From the NCBI GenBank assembly GCA_963775525.1, contig CAVZJF010000040.1, positions 4,697-68,696 of the forward strand: a stretch of 64,000 nt of DNA. The letters run 5' to 3'. Position numbers and translations under genes: made by a program. The DNA comes from an uncultured Alphaproteobacteria bacterium. GTDB taxonomy: Bacteria; Pseudomonadota; Alphaproteobacteria; ATCC43930; CGMCC-115725. Each line of letters starts with the position of its first letter. Position 1 is the first letter of the stretch. The notes beneath the pieces were generated by a model. That model made no database searches. It was not told where the DNA came from and saw only the letters and a program-made list of their open reading frames with translations. This document shows positions 10,179 to 22,352 of the stretch, one piece after another.

Positions 10179-10617
10179 AGAGGGCGTGGCTGTGGCCGCA
10201 GCCGCCGCGGAGGTGGCGTACAACCGGCGCCGGAACTTCGTGGCGGCCGGGCCCGCCGAGACCCCGCGACGCCGAGGCCATTTCCTTTTGGCATGGCGTT
10301 CGCCAAGTCTGCAAGGTTAACGGCCGGATTGGGGAGCGAGAAAAAGGGGCGTCCGCGAGCCCTCCTCGCCTCATTTGTTAATAATTCGCCGCCCGTCGAC
10401 AAAGTAAGCCGGGAAAGGGACGCCACGCAAACGCGCTAACCGCCGCCGCGAAAGCATTCGGCCGCAGGCGAGCTTCGGGCGGAAATAGACACCAGCTCTT
10501 TTTTGTGTTGATTGATTGCAAAAGATGCCATAATTTCAAACTTCTGCGATGTCGTAAGACAGCAGGTTTTCCGACCTTGCGATTGCTGTTGCAGCCGTAC
10601 ATTGAGGGAGCCGGTCG

Positions 10618-13600
10618 ATGGCAGCGGTAAGTTGGAAAAGCGCCGTCAGCGCCAACTGGACCATCGCAGCCGATTGGAGCACCGGCGCCATTCCCGGCGC
10701 CGCGGACGACGTGACCATCGGGGTTGGCGGTTCCTACACGGTTTTGTTGACCACCCCGGTCACCGTCCATTCGATAACGGTCAGCGACGTCAACGCCACT
10801 CTGGCGATCGACGACCCGTCCAAGACCGAGACGGTGTCGGGCAATTTCGTCAACAGCGGCGCCGTCGACGTTGACACCAACGGCTACGGCGGCACCACGG
10901 TCAATATCGGCGGCACGCTGACCAACAGCGGCACCCTGACCATCGGGAGCACCTCCAGCTCCGGCGGCTCGTTGAGCGCTACGGTGATGACCGCCGCGGG
11001 GCTGGTCAATACCGGCGCGATCGTGCTGGAGGGCCCGTTCTCGACGGTGCTCGACATCAACGCCGCGGCGCCGGCCACCCTGACCGGCACGGTCGACCTT
11101 CACGGCAATTCACGGCTGGAGTTCGCCAGCGGCGGCATTACCGCGATCGCCAGCGGCGCAACACTCCTGGAGGACAGCGGAGCGGCGCTGGTGGCGCTGG
11201 CTTCGAACACCAGCACCAACAGCGCCTTGACCGGGCTCGCCAACAACGCCGGCTACCTGATACTCGAGAACAGCGCGGCGCTGGCGATTTCGGTCAATTT
11301 TACCAACAGCAATTATCTGGAAGTCGATTACGCCGGTGCTGGCGGCAGCAGCCTGACAATCGGCGGGACCCTGACCAACAACGGTCAGCTCTATATCGGG
11401 AACGCCAGTCAGATCGCCGACTCGGCGGTAACGGCACAGGGTCTCTCCAATGCCGGTACGATCGACATCACCAGCGGCGGCGCGGGGTCGACGCTGGCGG
11501 TTACCGGGGCCTTTGGCAACACCGGCACCGTCATCGACGGCTACGGCAGCGGCGGCGCCAGCTCCCTGACGGCAGGGACGCTGACCAATGCCGGCTATCT
11601 CTATCTGGAGAACGGCGCGGCGCTGACGACGAATTTGGACCTGACCAACAACTACGTCCTGGAGGTCGATGAATCGGGGAGTGGCGGCAGCAGCCTGACG
11701 GTCGGTGGAACGCTGACCAACAAAAATTATTACTTCTACGTCGGCAACAGCAGCATGACCGCGGCGGCGACGGTGAGCGCCGCGGCGCTGAGCAACTCAG
11801 GGTCGCTCTATCTCTACAGCGGGACGGCTGCCGCGGCGCTGGATACCACAGGAGCTTTTGGCAATACCGGCGCGGTCTACGTCGACAACAGCGGGGCCGG
11901 GGGCAGCACCGTGACGGTGGGCGGGGTGCTGACCAACAACGGCACCTTGTCGATCGGCAACACCAGCCAGACCAAGGCGACCAAGGTGACCGCGGCGGGT
12001 CTGGCCGGCACCGGCACGGTCGATTTGAGCGGCGGTGCGACGGCGGCGGCGCAGGCGACATTGGACGTGACCGGGGCGGCGCCGGCGACCTTGAACGGCG
12101 CCTATTCTCTGGTCGGCAACGCGCTCTTGGAGTTTGGCAGCGGCGGGGTGACGCGCGATCGGCAGCGGCGCCAGCCTGACCCTGAACGGGCCCAAGGCGC
12201 TGGTGGCGCTGAGCAGCGGGCTGACCAGCAACAGCGCGTTGAGCGGGCTCGCCAGCAACGCCGGAACCGTGATCCTGGAAAACGGCGCGGCACTCGCCAC
12301 CACCGTCGCCCTCGACAACACCGGCATCGCCTATGTCGACTACTACTACGGCAGCACCGGCGGCAGCAGCCTGACGGTCGGCGGCGCCCTGACCAACGAG
12401 GACGGCCTCTACATCGGCTACTATGGCAACAACGCCGCGACGACGACGGTGAGTGCGGCGGCGCTGAGCAATTTCGGCACGCTCTATCTCTACAGCAACA
12501 CCGCGGCGGCGACGTTGAAGGTCGCCGGGGCGTTCAGCAACGGCCGCAACGACATCGTCTACGTCGACAACAGCGGGGCCGGGGGCAGCACCGTGACGGT
12601 GGGCGGGGTGCTGACCAACAACGGCACCTTGTCGATCGGCAACACCAGCCAGACCAAGGCGACCAAGGTGACCGCGGCGGGTCTGGCCGGCACCGGCACG
12701 GTCGATCTGAGCGGCGGTGCGACGGCGGCGGCGCAGGCGACATTGGACGTGACCGGGGCGGCGCCGGCGACCTTGAACGGCGCCTATTCTCTGGTCGGCA
12801 ACGCGCTCTTGGAGTTTGGCAGCGGCGGGGTGAGTGCGATCGGCAGCGGCGCCAGCCTGACCCTGAACGGGCCCAAGGCGCTGGTGGCGCTGAGCAGCGG
12901 GCTGACCAGCAACAGCGCGTTGAGCGGGCTCGCCAGCAACGCCGGAACCGTGATCCTGGAAAACGGCGCGGCACTCGCCACCACCGTCGCCCTCGACAAC
13001 ACCGGCATCGCCTATGTCGACTACTACTACGGCAGCACCGGCGGCAGCAGCCTGACGGTCGGCGGCGCCCTGACCAACGAGGACGGCCTCTACATCGGCT
13101 ACTATGGCAACAACGCCGCGACGACGACGGTGAGTGCGGCGGCGCTGAGCAATTTCGGCACGCTCTATCTCTACAGCAACACCGCGGCGGCGACGTTGAA
13201 GGTCGCCGGGGCGTTCAGCAACGGCCGCAACGACATCGTCTACGTCGACAACAGCGGGGCCGGGGGCAGCACCGTGACGGTGGGCGGGGTGTTGACCAAC
13301 AACGGCACCTTGTCGATCGGCAACACCAGCCAGACCAAGGCGACCAAGGTGACCGCGGCGGGTCTGGCCGGCACCGGCACGGTCGATCTGAGCGGCGGTG
13401 CGACGGCGGCGGCGCAGGCGACATTGGACGTGACCGGGGCGGCGCCGGCGACCTTGAACGGCGCCTATTCTCTGGTCGGCAACGCGCTCTTGGAGTTTGG
13501 CAGCGGCGGGGTGACGGCGATCGGCAGCGGCGCCAGCCTGACCCTGAACGGGCCCAAGGCGCTGGTGGCGCTGAGCAGCGGGCTGACCAGCGACAGCGCG

Positions 13601-16180
13601 CTCGAGCGGCCTCGCCAGCAACGCCGGTACCATGATCCTGGAAAACGGCGCGGCGTCGACGACCACGGTCGCGCTCGACAACACCGGTATCGTCTAGGTC
13701 GACGAGTACTACGGCAGCACCGGCGGCAGCAGCCTGACGATCGGCGGCGCCCTGACCAACGAGGACGGCCTCTACATCGGCTACACTGGCAACAACGCCG
13801 CGACGACGACGGTGAGCGCGGCGGCGCTGAGCAATTTCGGCACGCTCTATCTCTACAGCGACACCGCGGCGGCGACATTGAAGGTCGCCGGGGCGTTCAG
13901 CAACGGCCGCAACGACATCGTCTACGTCGACAACAGCGGGGCCGGGGGCAGCACCGTGACGGTGGGCGGGGTGCTGACCAACAACGGCACCTTGTCGATC
14001 GGCAACACCAGCCAGACCAAGGCGACCAAGGTGACCGCGGCGGGTCTGGCCGGCACCGGCACGGTCGATTTGAGCGGCGGTGCGACGGCGGCGGCGCAGG
14101 CGACATTGGACGTGACCGGGGCGGCGCCGGCGACCTTGAACGGCGCCTATTCTCTGGTCGGCAACGCGCTGCTTGGAGTTTGGCAGCGGCGGGGTGACGG
14201 CGATCGGCAGCGGCGCCAGCCTGACCCTGAACGGGCCCAAGGCGCTGGTGGCGCTGAGCAGCGGGCTGACCAGCGACAGCGCGTTGAGCGGCCTCGCCAG
14301 CAACGCCGGCACCGTGATCCTGGAAAACGGCGCGGCACTCGCCACCACCGTCGCCCTCGACAACACCGGCATCGCCTATGTCGACTACTACTACGGCAGC
14401 ACCGGCGGCAGCAGCCTGACGGTCGGCGGCGCCCTGACCAACGAGGACGGCCTCTACATCGGCTACTATGGCAACAACGCCGCGACGACGACGGTGAGTG
14501 CGGCGGCGCTGAGCAATTTCGGCACGCTCTATCTCTACAGCAACACCGCGGCGGCGACGTTGAAGGTCGCCGGGGCGTTCAGCAACGGCCGCAACGACAT
14601 CGTCTACGTCGACAACAGCGGGGCCGGGGGCAGCACCGTGACGGTGGGCGGGGTGCTGACCAACAACGGCACCTTGTCGATCGGCAACACCAGCCAGACC
14701 AAGGCGACCAAGGTGACCGCGGCGGGTCTGGCCGGCACCGGCACGGTCGATTTGAGCGGCGGTGCGACGGCGGCGGCGCAGGCGACATTGGACGTGACCG
14801 GGGCGGCGCCGGCGACCTTGAACGGCGCCTATTCTCTGGTCGGCAACGCGCTCTTGGAGTTTGGCAGCGGCGGGGTGACGGCGATCGGCAGCGGCGCCAG
14901 CCTGACCCTGAACGGGCCCAAGGCGCTGGTGGCGCTGAGCAGCGGGCTGACCAGCAACAGCGCGTTGAGCGGGCTCGCCAGCAACGCCGGAACCGTGATC
15001 CTGGAAAACGGCGCGGCACTCGCCACCACCGTCGCCCTCGACAACACCGGCATCGCCTATGTCGACTACTACTACGGCAGCACCGGCGGCAGCAGCCTGA
15101 CGGTCGGCGGCGCCCTGACCAACGAGGCTTCAGGCCATCTCTATGTCGGAACCAGCGGGAGCGCCCAGTCGACGACGGTCACCGCGGCATCGTTGAACAA
15201 CAGCGGATATGTCGACCTGACGGGAGGATCCGGGACCAACACCGGGAAGCTGAGCCTCGGCGGCGCCTCGTCGGACAGCGGCCAGATGTACATTTACGGC
15301 GGTGACGTGTTGGCCCTGGGCAGCACTCTCACCGTCACCGGCAGCCTTTGGCTGTACGGCGGAACGATTTCCGGCGGTACGTTGGCGGGGGCGGGCACGA
15401 TCGAGGTGGCCGCCGCGCCGACCAGCACGCTGACCAATGTTGCGATTGCGGCCGGAACGACCGTCACCGCCGCGGCCGGCAGCACGCTCACCGACAACGG
15501 CGTCACGGTCAACGGGTCGCTCTATGGCAGCGGCTCGGCCACTCTGAATTTTGCCAAGGCCGGGAATGACAGCCTCGCCAATATCTCGGGTTTCACGACG
15601 ATCGGGCTCGCCAATGGCGCGGCGAACACGCTTGACGCTGCAGGCGATTAATTTTACCGGCGTCGCCGGCGGCACGATCACCGTCAACGACGGCAATTCC
15701 GGCAACACGGTCAGCGGGTCGTCGCTGACATCCGCCGATGCGATCGTGGTCCACGCCGGCAGCGGCGCCGACAGCCTGACCGGCGGCGCCGGCAACGACA
15801 TTTTTTACGCCGGCGGCGATACGACGATGACGGGCAACGCCGGCGCCAACCAGTTCGTGTTCAGCGCGCCGGGGGCCTCGAACACGATCGTCGATTTCGC
15901 CGCGTCCTCGACAAACGAGCTCGTGTTCAGCAATTCCGGCTTCAGCCTCGGCCAAAGCGGGGCCAGCGCGACGCCGCAGGCGCTGCCGACGACCCTGTTC
16001 GCATCGAACAGCACCGGGGCCTTCGGCACGACCGCGCAGCGCTTCGCCTATGACACCACCAACGGGCAGCTGCTTTACGACGCGCAAGGCAGCGCCTCGG
16101 GCAGCACCCCGCAGCTCGTCGCCACCCTGACCGGCCATCCCGCAATCAGCGCCGCGACCCAGTTGTTCTTCGTCAGCTGA
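10618..16180 (+). pseudogene. Giant repetitive secreted protein (~1850 aa if stitched), probable type I secretion substrate; frame broken 4 times plus one in-frame TAG as sequenced
   Basis: Gly/Thr/Ala/Asn-rich beta-repeat sequence is readable across frames 1>2>0>1>2, with breaks near 12154, 13603, 14171 and 15634. The C-terminus has GGAGNDIFYAGG (RTX-like) and a ...FAYDTTNGQLLYDAQGS...ATQLFFVS tail typical of T1SS cargo. The breaks are visible as extra bases when repeat units are compared with one another. Confidence 0.7.
11878..15126 (+). repeat. Tandem array of ~4.8 near-identical 681-bp (227-aa) coding units inside the giant gene
   Basis: The marker TACGTCGACAACAGC recurs at 11878, 12560, 13241, 13923 and 14605. 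Spacing is 681 nt, or 682 nt wherever a single extra base sits. Confidence 0.9.
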
Positions 16181-16279
16181 TCCAGCGGCCGGTCGCGGCT
16201 CGATACTTCCGCTCGGATCGCCGACACTTCGCCATGGCGGTCGCTCTGAGACGAGCGTGAACGAGCGTGGAGGCATGGC

Positions 16280-17227
16280 GTGAGCGAGCAACAAAGCCCG
16301 TCACCGGGGGCGCGGCTGCGCGCGTTGATCCACCGCAAGGACCGGGTGCTGGCGGTATTGCACACGCCGAGCGCGGCGCACGCCCGGATCATGGAGCTGG
16401 CGGGCTGCGAGGCCGCGTTTGTCGGCACGTCGGGCGTTGTCGGCGCTTACACCGGGCTCGCCGATGTCGGCACCGCGACGATGACCGAATGCGTGACGAT
16501 CGCCGGCTGGATCGCGCAGAGCGTCAAGTTCCCGGTGATCATGGACGGCGACACCGGTCACGGAGGCATCATGGCGGTGCGGCGGATGGTCCGCGAATGC
16601 ATCCGCGCCGGGATTGCCGGGGTGCGCATCGACGACCAGCCGATCGAAGGCAAGCGCAAGACCCAGAGCGCCGGGGTCGAAATCGTCCCGCTCGACCAGG
16701 CGGTCGCGCGCTACCGCGCCGCCGTCGACATGAAGAACGAGATCGATCCGGATTTTGTCGTGATGGCCCAGTGCTATGCCCGCGACGCCGCCAATGGCGG
16801 GCTCGACGATTGCCTGACGCGGCTCTCGGCCTACGAGCGCGAAGCCGGGGTCGACTGGGTCCAATTCGAATCGCCGCATGACGCAGACGAGATCCGCCGC
16901 GCCCGCGCCGCCGTCGCCGGCCCGTTTTCGTTTATGAAGGGCCGGCTGCCGCGCTATCTCGGCCTCGACGAGCACCTCGCATTGGGGGTCTCGATAGCGT
17001 GGTATCCGGGCTTCACCCATCACGTCATCTGGGCGGCGCTGTGGGACTTTATGCAGGAATTCCAGGCGCGCGGCGTCGGCGCCTGGGAGGATTTCGTCAA
17101 TGCGCGGCGGGACCGGCCCTATCCCCATCCCGAGCCCGGACCGCAGGAGGAAGGCCTGGAGAAGCAGCGCCAGCTCGAGGAGCGCTATTTCTCCGCCGCC
17201 GCCCTGGCCAAGTATCGCGGCAAATAG
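16280..17227 (+). CDS. Isocitrate lyase / PEP mutase family enzyme
   Basis: Intact 315-aa ORF with FVGTSG...DGDTGHGG...IDDQ motifs of the PEP mutase/ICL superfamily. Confidence 0.75.
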   Translation: MSEQQSPSPGARLRALIHRKDRVLAVLHTPSAAHARIMELAGCEAAFVGTSGVVGAYTGLADVGTATMTECVTIAGWIAQSVKFPVIMDGDTGHGGIMAVRRMVRECIRAGIAGVRIDDQPIEGKRKTQSAGVEIVPLDQAVARYRAAVDMKNEIDPDFVVMAQCYARDAANGGLDDCLTRLSAYEREAGVDWVQFESPHDADEIRRARAAVAGPFSFMKGRLPRYLGLDEHLALGVSIAWYPGFTHHVIWAALWDFMQEFQARGVGAWEDFVNARRDRPYPHPEPGPQEEGLEKQRQLEERYFSAAALAKYRGK

Positions 17228-17251
17228 ACACGCAAAGCGGAGGGATCGGCG

Positions 17252-18404
17252 ATGGCGCGCGACGGCTTCAAAATCTTCGACTCCGACACCCATGTCGGCC
17301 CGTTCATGGAATCCTCGACCCCTATCTGGCGGCGGCGGAAAGGGCGCGGCTGGCCGGGTGGGAGCAATGGAAGAACACGCATTCGCGAACCGGCAAGACG
17401 ACCTATCTGAGGGGCGGGCGCAGATATCAGCGCCGGCTCGGCAGCGCTGCCCCCGACACCGCGCCCGCGCGCTATATGGCTGCTTTCGCCGGCGCGAACC
17501 GGTCGCCGCCCTCGCCGCGCGTCGACGACGACCCGGCCGAGCGGATCGGCGACATGGATCTCGAAGGCGTCGACGTGAACCTGACCTTGCCTTCGGGCTG
17601 GTTCGGCACCTGGACGGCGGGCGACGATGTCGCGCTCGAAACCGCGATGTACCGCGCCTACCACCGGTGGATGGCGGATTATTGCGGCGCCTTTCCCGGC
17701 CGGCTCGGTGGCATCGTCCTGGCCTCGGCCCGCGACGTCGAAGGAAGCGTGGCCGAAATCCGCCATTGGGCGGGATCGCGCTGGGCCTGGGCGGTGATGG
17801 CCTATGCGCCGGCCGGAATGCCCCTCGACCATCCCGCCCTCGAACCGATCTGGGCGGCGGCGGCGGAGCACGACTATCGCGGTGGTGCTGCATACCTTCA
17901 CGGTCATGCCGCCCTACGCGCCGGGCGGCGAGGACACCTGGGAAAATTTGTTCCTGCAGCGCTCGGCGGCGCACCCCTGGTGCGGCATGCGCAATATGGC
18001 GGCACTAATCGGCAGCGGCGTCATGGATCGATATCCGACTCCTGCGCATCGGCACGCTCGAAGCCGGGCACGGCTGGCTGCCATTCTGGATGGCGCGCAT
18101 CGACGAACATGCGCATACCGTCAAGGCGGCGCTCCCGGAGCTGAGGTGCAAGCCCAGCGAATACGTGCTCGGCGGCCGCTATTTCCAGAGCATCGAGATC
18201 CCGGAGGGCGAACGGCTGACCAATTCCGTCATCGATTTGCTGGGCGAGGACGTGCTGATGTACGCGTCGGATTATCCGCATGGCGAGAGCTGGTTTCCGA
18301 TATCGGCGGAGACCGTGCTGGCCTGGGACATGGCGACGGAGCGCAAACGCAAGCTCTTCTGGGATAACGCCGTGCGGCTCTATGCCCGCTGCGGTCTCGA
18401 ATGA
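17252..18404 (+). pseudogene. Amidohydrolase-2 family protein (ACMSD-like decarboxylase/hydratase type); 3 frame breaks as sequenced
   Basis: The ATG follows GGAGGGA. Sequence runs MARDGFKIFDSDTHV, then LDPYLAAAE..., IAVVLHTFTV..., LRIGTLEAGHGWLPFWMARIDEH...SDYPHGES. It is stitched from three ORF-track frames, with breaks near 17310, 17875 and 18038. Confidence 0.7.
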
Positions 18405-18471
18405 TTGGTCGCGCATGGTGATCGGGATATGATCCGGTCCCTGCGAAGCCGGTGAACAAGGAGGAGCGATC

Positions 18472-18976
18472 ATGGACCAGGACGCCAAGAAGACGGCGTT
18501 GCGCATGATCCCGTACGGGATCTACGTGCTGACCGCCGATGACGGGCAGGGCAACATTGCCGCCGCGACCGTCAATTGGGTGACGCAGACCGCGTTCGCG
18601 CCGCCGTTGGTGGTGGTCGGGGTCAAGACCGATTCCCACGCCTATCCGATCGTCAAGAACACCAAGAACTTCACCCTCAACATGCTCGGCAAGGACGCCA
18701 AGGGCATGGCGTTCACCTTCTTCAAGCCGACCAAGCTCGAAGACGGCAAGCTTTCCGGCCAGGCCGATCCACAAGGGTTCCAACGGCTTGCCGATCCTTG
18801 ACGGGGCGCTGGCCGCGGTCGAATGCAAGGTCACCGGCATCGTCGAGCAGGGCGACCACCACATCGTCGTCGGCGAAGTCGTCGAGGCGCACCTGCCAAA
18901 GCCGGTCACCGGCCGCCCGGACGCGGCGATCCTCGAAATGAAGGATCTGGGCGACAACGTCTTTTACGGCGGCTGA
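18472..18976 (+). pseudogene. Flavin reductase family protein; 1 frame break
   Basis: IPYGIYVLTADDG...ATVNWVTQTAFAPPLVVVGV continues in the next frame as LPILDGALAAVECKV...HHIVVGEVV. The break is near 18762. Confidence 0.75.
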
Positions 18977-19059
18977 GTTGCCGCGCCGATCCCGCCCTCC
19001 CCGTCCCTCGCGACCCGCGGCGAGACAGTTGAAGGACAAACCTGAACGGAGGTCAGCCG

Positions 19060-20302
19060 ATGTCACTCGAGCCCGCGCTGCAATGGCCCACCGAAGGCAA
19101 CGCCCGCGTTCCCTATCGGGTGTTTTCCGATCCGGAAATCTATCGCGAGGAGCTGGCTCGGATTTTTCTCGGGCCGAGTTGGCAGTTCCTGAGCCTGGCC
19201 GGTGACTTGCCCCGGCCCGGCGACTACCTGACCACCTTTCTCGGCGAGACCCCGGTCATCGTCACCCGCGGCAACGACGGCGCGCTGCATGCGATGGTCA
19301 ACCGCTGCGCCCATCGCGGCAATCTCGTCTGCCTGAAACGGCGCGGGCACGCGGACAATCTGACCTGCGTCTACCACGCCTGGCGCTACGACCTCGAAGG
19401 CAACCTCGACAGCGTCGCGTTTCGCCGCGGCATCGCCGGCAGGGGCGGGATGCCGGCGAGCTTCCAGCTCGAAGATCACGGGCTCAAGAAGCTGCGCGTC
19501 GACCAATTCGGCGACCTGGTGTTCGGCACGCTGTCGCCCGAGGCGCCGCCGCTCGGCGACTACATCGGCAACCTGATCGGCTCGCGCATCCACCGGGTGT
19601 TGCACGGCAAGCCCAAGGTTCTGGGAACGACCTCGCAGATCCTGCACAACAATTGGAAGCTCTATTTCGAGAATGTGCGCGACACCTATCACGCGACCTT
19701 GTTGCACTCGTTCTTCACGACCTTCAGGATCTCGCGGCTGACCTCGGAGGGCGGCGTCGACATCGCCGAGAACGGCGCGCATCATGCGAGCTATACGCGC
19801 AACAAGGTCGACCGCGTCGGCGCCGGCGCCTCGGACGAGCTTTATGCCGGCATCCCGTCGCTGCGCGAGAATTTCCGGCTCGCCGATCCCGGCTTTCTGT
19901 CGATGACCGAAGAATTCGGCGACGACACGACGACCCAGATCCTGTCCGTGTTCCCGAATTTCGTGTTGCAGCAGATCCAGAACAGCATCGCGCTGCGGGT
20001 GGTGCTGCCAAAGGGGCCGGACAAGACCGAGCTGCAATGGATCTATCTCGGCTTTGAGGAAGACGACGCCGAGATGACCGCGCTGCGCCTCGCCCAGGCC
20101 AATCTCGTCGGCCCGGCGGGCTACGTGTCGATGGAGGACGGTGCGGTCGGCAATTTCATCCAGCGCGCGATCCCCGGCGCCGAAGACCGAATGCTCGGTG
20201 CTCGAAATGGGCGGGTTCGACCACGTCTCCGAACCCAACCGCACGACCGAGGCGTCGATCCGCGGCTTCTGGCATGCCTATCGCCCGCTGATGGGGTTCT
20301 GA
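19060..20302 (+). pseudogene. Rieske-type aromatic ring-hydroxylating dioxygenase alpha subunit; 1 frame break near its 3' end
   Basis: Rieske motif CAHRGN...CVYHAW. The C-terminus is recovered in the +1 frame (CSVLEMGGFDHVSEPNRTTEASIRGFWHAYRPLMGF, stop at 20300-20302). The break is near 20190. Confidence 0.8.
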
Positions 20303-20306
20303 GACG

Positions 20307-20787
20307 ATGGATTTCGAGGCGGTGGTGCGGCGGCTGGAGCTGGAGCAGCTGTACGCCGATTATGTCCACTGCCTCGACGCCGACGAACTCGGAGCGCTGG
20401 CCCGATTTTTTCACCGAGGACTGCTTTTACCGCGTCACCTCGGCGGAGAACTACGAGGCGGGGCTGCCCCTCGGTCTGATCTATGCGACGTCGCGCAACA
20501 TGCTGAAGGACCGGGTCAGCGCCCTGCGCGAGGCCAACATTTACGAGCCGCAGCGCTATCGCCACCTGGTCTCCTCGATCCGGGTCGTCGCCGAGACCGC
20601 GGGGGCCCTCGATGTCGAGGCCAATTTCCTGGTGGTGCGAACCCTGCAGGACGGTGACATGGCGATATTTGCCGCCGGCCGCTATGTCGACCAGATCGTG
20701 CACGACGGCGCCGGCTGGAAATTTGCGCGCAAGCATGTCGTCCTCGACAGCCGCCAGATCGACACCCTGCTGGCCATCCCGATCTGA
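20307..20787 (+). pseudogene. Ring-hydroxylating dioxygenase beta subunit; 1 frame break
   Basis: MDFEAVVRRLELEQLYADYVHCLDADEL shifts near 20390 to ERWPDFFTEDCFYRVTSAENY...LLAIPI. The 575-aa track ORF is an artefactual alpha-beta fusion. Confidence 0.75.
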
Positions 20788-21388
20788 TCGGTCCTCCCGA
20801 CCGGGAGCGCCGGAGCGTGCGGTGCGCATAACCGCGGTAAGCGAGGACGCCGATCAGAAACTCGGGCACGGTGCAGAACTGGCCGTCCCAACCCGAGGTC
20901 GGGTTTTCGCCGGCCATCATCCGGTTGACCGCCATGACGGCAGCCAAGGTGAAAAAGAGTTAGAATAGGGCCTGATCTCGCTACTGACTTCTTAAGCCGC
21001 CCTTGCTGGAAACGACGACGGCAGCCACGAGCGACACTCCAGCGGCTTGGCGCCAGTTGCGCAGCGATCCGCGCACCGTCTATGATGGCAGGGCTATCCT
21101 ATTATTCACAAGGCGTCGCCGCGCGATGACGCTCCACGACGACGCCGGAGACAGAATGCTTCAACCTCGACGTGCCGAAGGCTGCTCTCGACGGCCGGGG
21201 CAACGCTGCGTCAAGGCTTCCCGATCACGGCCACAATCGCACGAGGACCCCCTCCGCCTCGCCCGCGCGAATCAGCGGCGGCCGGTTCGCGGACTCCGTG
21301 CAGTCTTGTCGGACCTCCGCTAGGTCGGCAGGCGCTTATGCGAGCCGGCCGGCCATCGCAAGTGTTTGGAAAAACGGGAAGCAAAAGC

Positions 21389-22351
21389 ATGGAAGACCCG
21401 CCCTCCCTGCACCTCGGCGTCCCTTCCCGCGAACAGGCGAGGCGGGCGGGCAAGCCGCCTGCCTTTCGTCCGCTGCGGCTCCTCGCCGCCATTTGCATCG
21501 GGGCGCCCGTTTGCGCATGCAAGATGGGGGTGCTCGATCCCCAGGGGCCGATCGCCGCGGCGGAGCGGCTGATCCTGATCAACACCACCGCGATCATGCT
21601 TGTGGTGGTCGTTCCGGTAATTTTGCTGACGCTCGCCGTCGCGTGGTGGTTTCGGTCGTCGAACTCGCGCGCCGGCTACAATCCCGATTGGTCCTATTCG
21701 GGGCACATCGAGCTTGTCGTCTGGTCCATCCCGGCAATGGTGGTGATCTTGCTGGGAGGCGTCGGCTGGATCAGCTCGCACGCGCTCGATCCGCGGCAGC
21801 CGATACCCTCCCCGGTCCGCCCGTTGGAGATCGAGGTCGTTTCGCTCGACTGGAAGTGGCTGTTCATCTACCCGCAGCAAAAGATCGCAGCCGTCAACCA
21901 GCTGGTCATCCCGGTAAAGACCCCGGTGAACTTTCGGTTGACCTCGGCGACGGTGATGAATTCCTTTTTCGTGCCGCAGCTCGGCAGTCAAATTTACACG
22001 ATGGCGGGGATGGCGACGCGCCTGAGCCTGCTCGCCGACAATCCAGGCGAATATCCCGGCCTGTCTGCGCAATTCAGCGGCGACGGCTTCTCCGACATGC
22101 ACTTTCTCGTCAAAGCGGTGACGCCCGGCGAGTTTGACGCCTGGGTCGCGGGCGTGCGCGGCACGGGCGCCGCGCTCGACCGCCGCAACTATGCCTTGCT
22201 CGCGCGGCGCAGCAAGGCCGTGGCTCCGATAACCTACCGCACGGTCGATCCCGAGCTGTTCGAGGCGATCGTCAACCAGACTGCGCCCCCGCCGGAAAAA
22301 GCCCGCCTCGGAATGTCCGGTCCGGTCATTTCGCCGCGTTCGGAGAACTGA
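21389..22351 (+). CDS. cyoA: Cytochrome bo3 ubiquinol oxidase subunit II
   Basis: Lipobox-like GAPVCAC, two transmembrane segments, and a cupredoxin-like C-terminal region ([20 protein letters not shown]). The start is uncertain; the track ORF begins at 21338. Confidence 0.85.
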   Translation: MEDPPSLHLGVPSREQARRAGKPPAFRPLRLLAAICIGAPVCACKMGVLDPQGPIAAAERLILINTTAIMLVVVVPVILLTLAVAWWFRSSNSRAGYNPDWSYSGHIELVVWSIPAMVVILLGGVGWISSHALDPRQPIPSPVRPLEIEVVSLDWKWLFIYPQQKIAAVNQLVIPVKTPVNFRLTSATVMNSFFVPQLGSQIYTMAGMATRLSLLADNPGEYPGLSAQFSGDGFSDMHFLVKAVTPGEFDAWVAGVRGTGAALDRRNYALLARRSKAVAPITYRTVDPELFEAIVNQTAPPPEKARLGMSGPVISPRSEN

Positions 22352-22352
22352 C

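Noticed and set aside
10618-16180. Whether the highly regular repeats could be a CRISPR array or other non-coding satellite.
   Set aside because: The units are 681 bp with no unique spacers. They stay in one reading frame once single extra bases are discounted, and they encode coherent beta-repeat protein sequence.
19060-20787. 575-aa alpha-beta fused dioxygenase ORF in the track.
   Set aside because: The middle ~70 residues are off-frame read-through. The proper alpha C-terminus with its stop (20300-20302) and a beta ATG (20307) are visible in the other frames.
20800-21340. Possible small genes in the 550-nt gap between the dioxygenase and cyoA. One example is the minus-strand LFFTLAAVMAVNRMMAGENPTSGWDGQFCTVPEFLIGVLAYRGY. 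Another is track ORF 21003-21323.
   Set aside because: No start/stop structure or family could be established in any frame, even allowing single indels. It may be a gene remnant or regulatory space.
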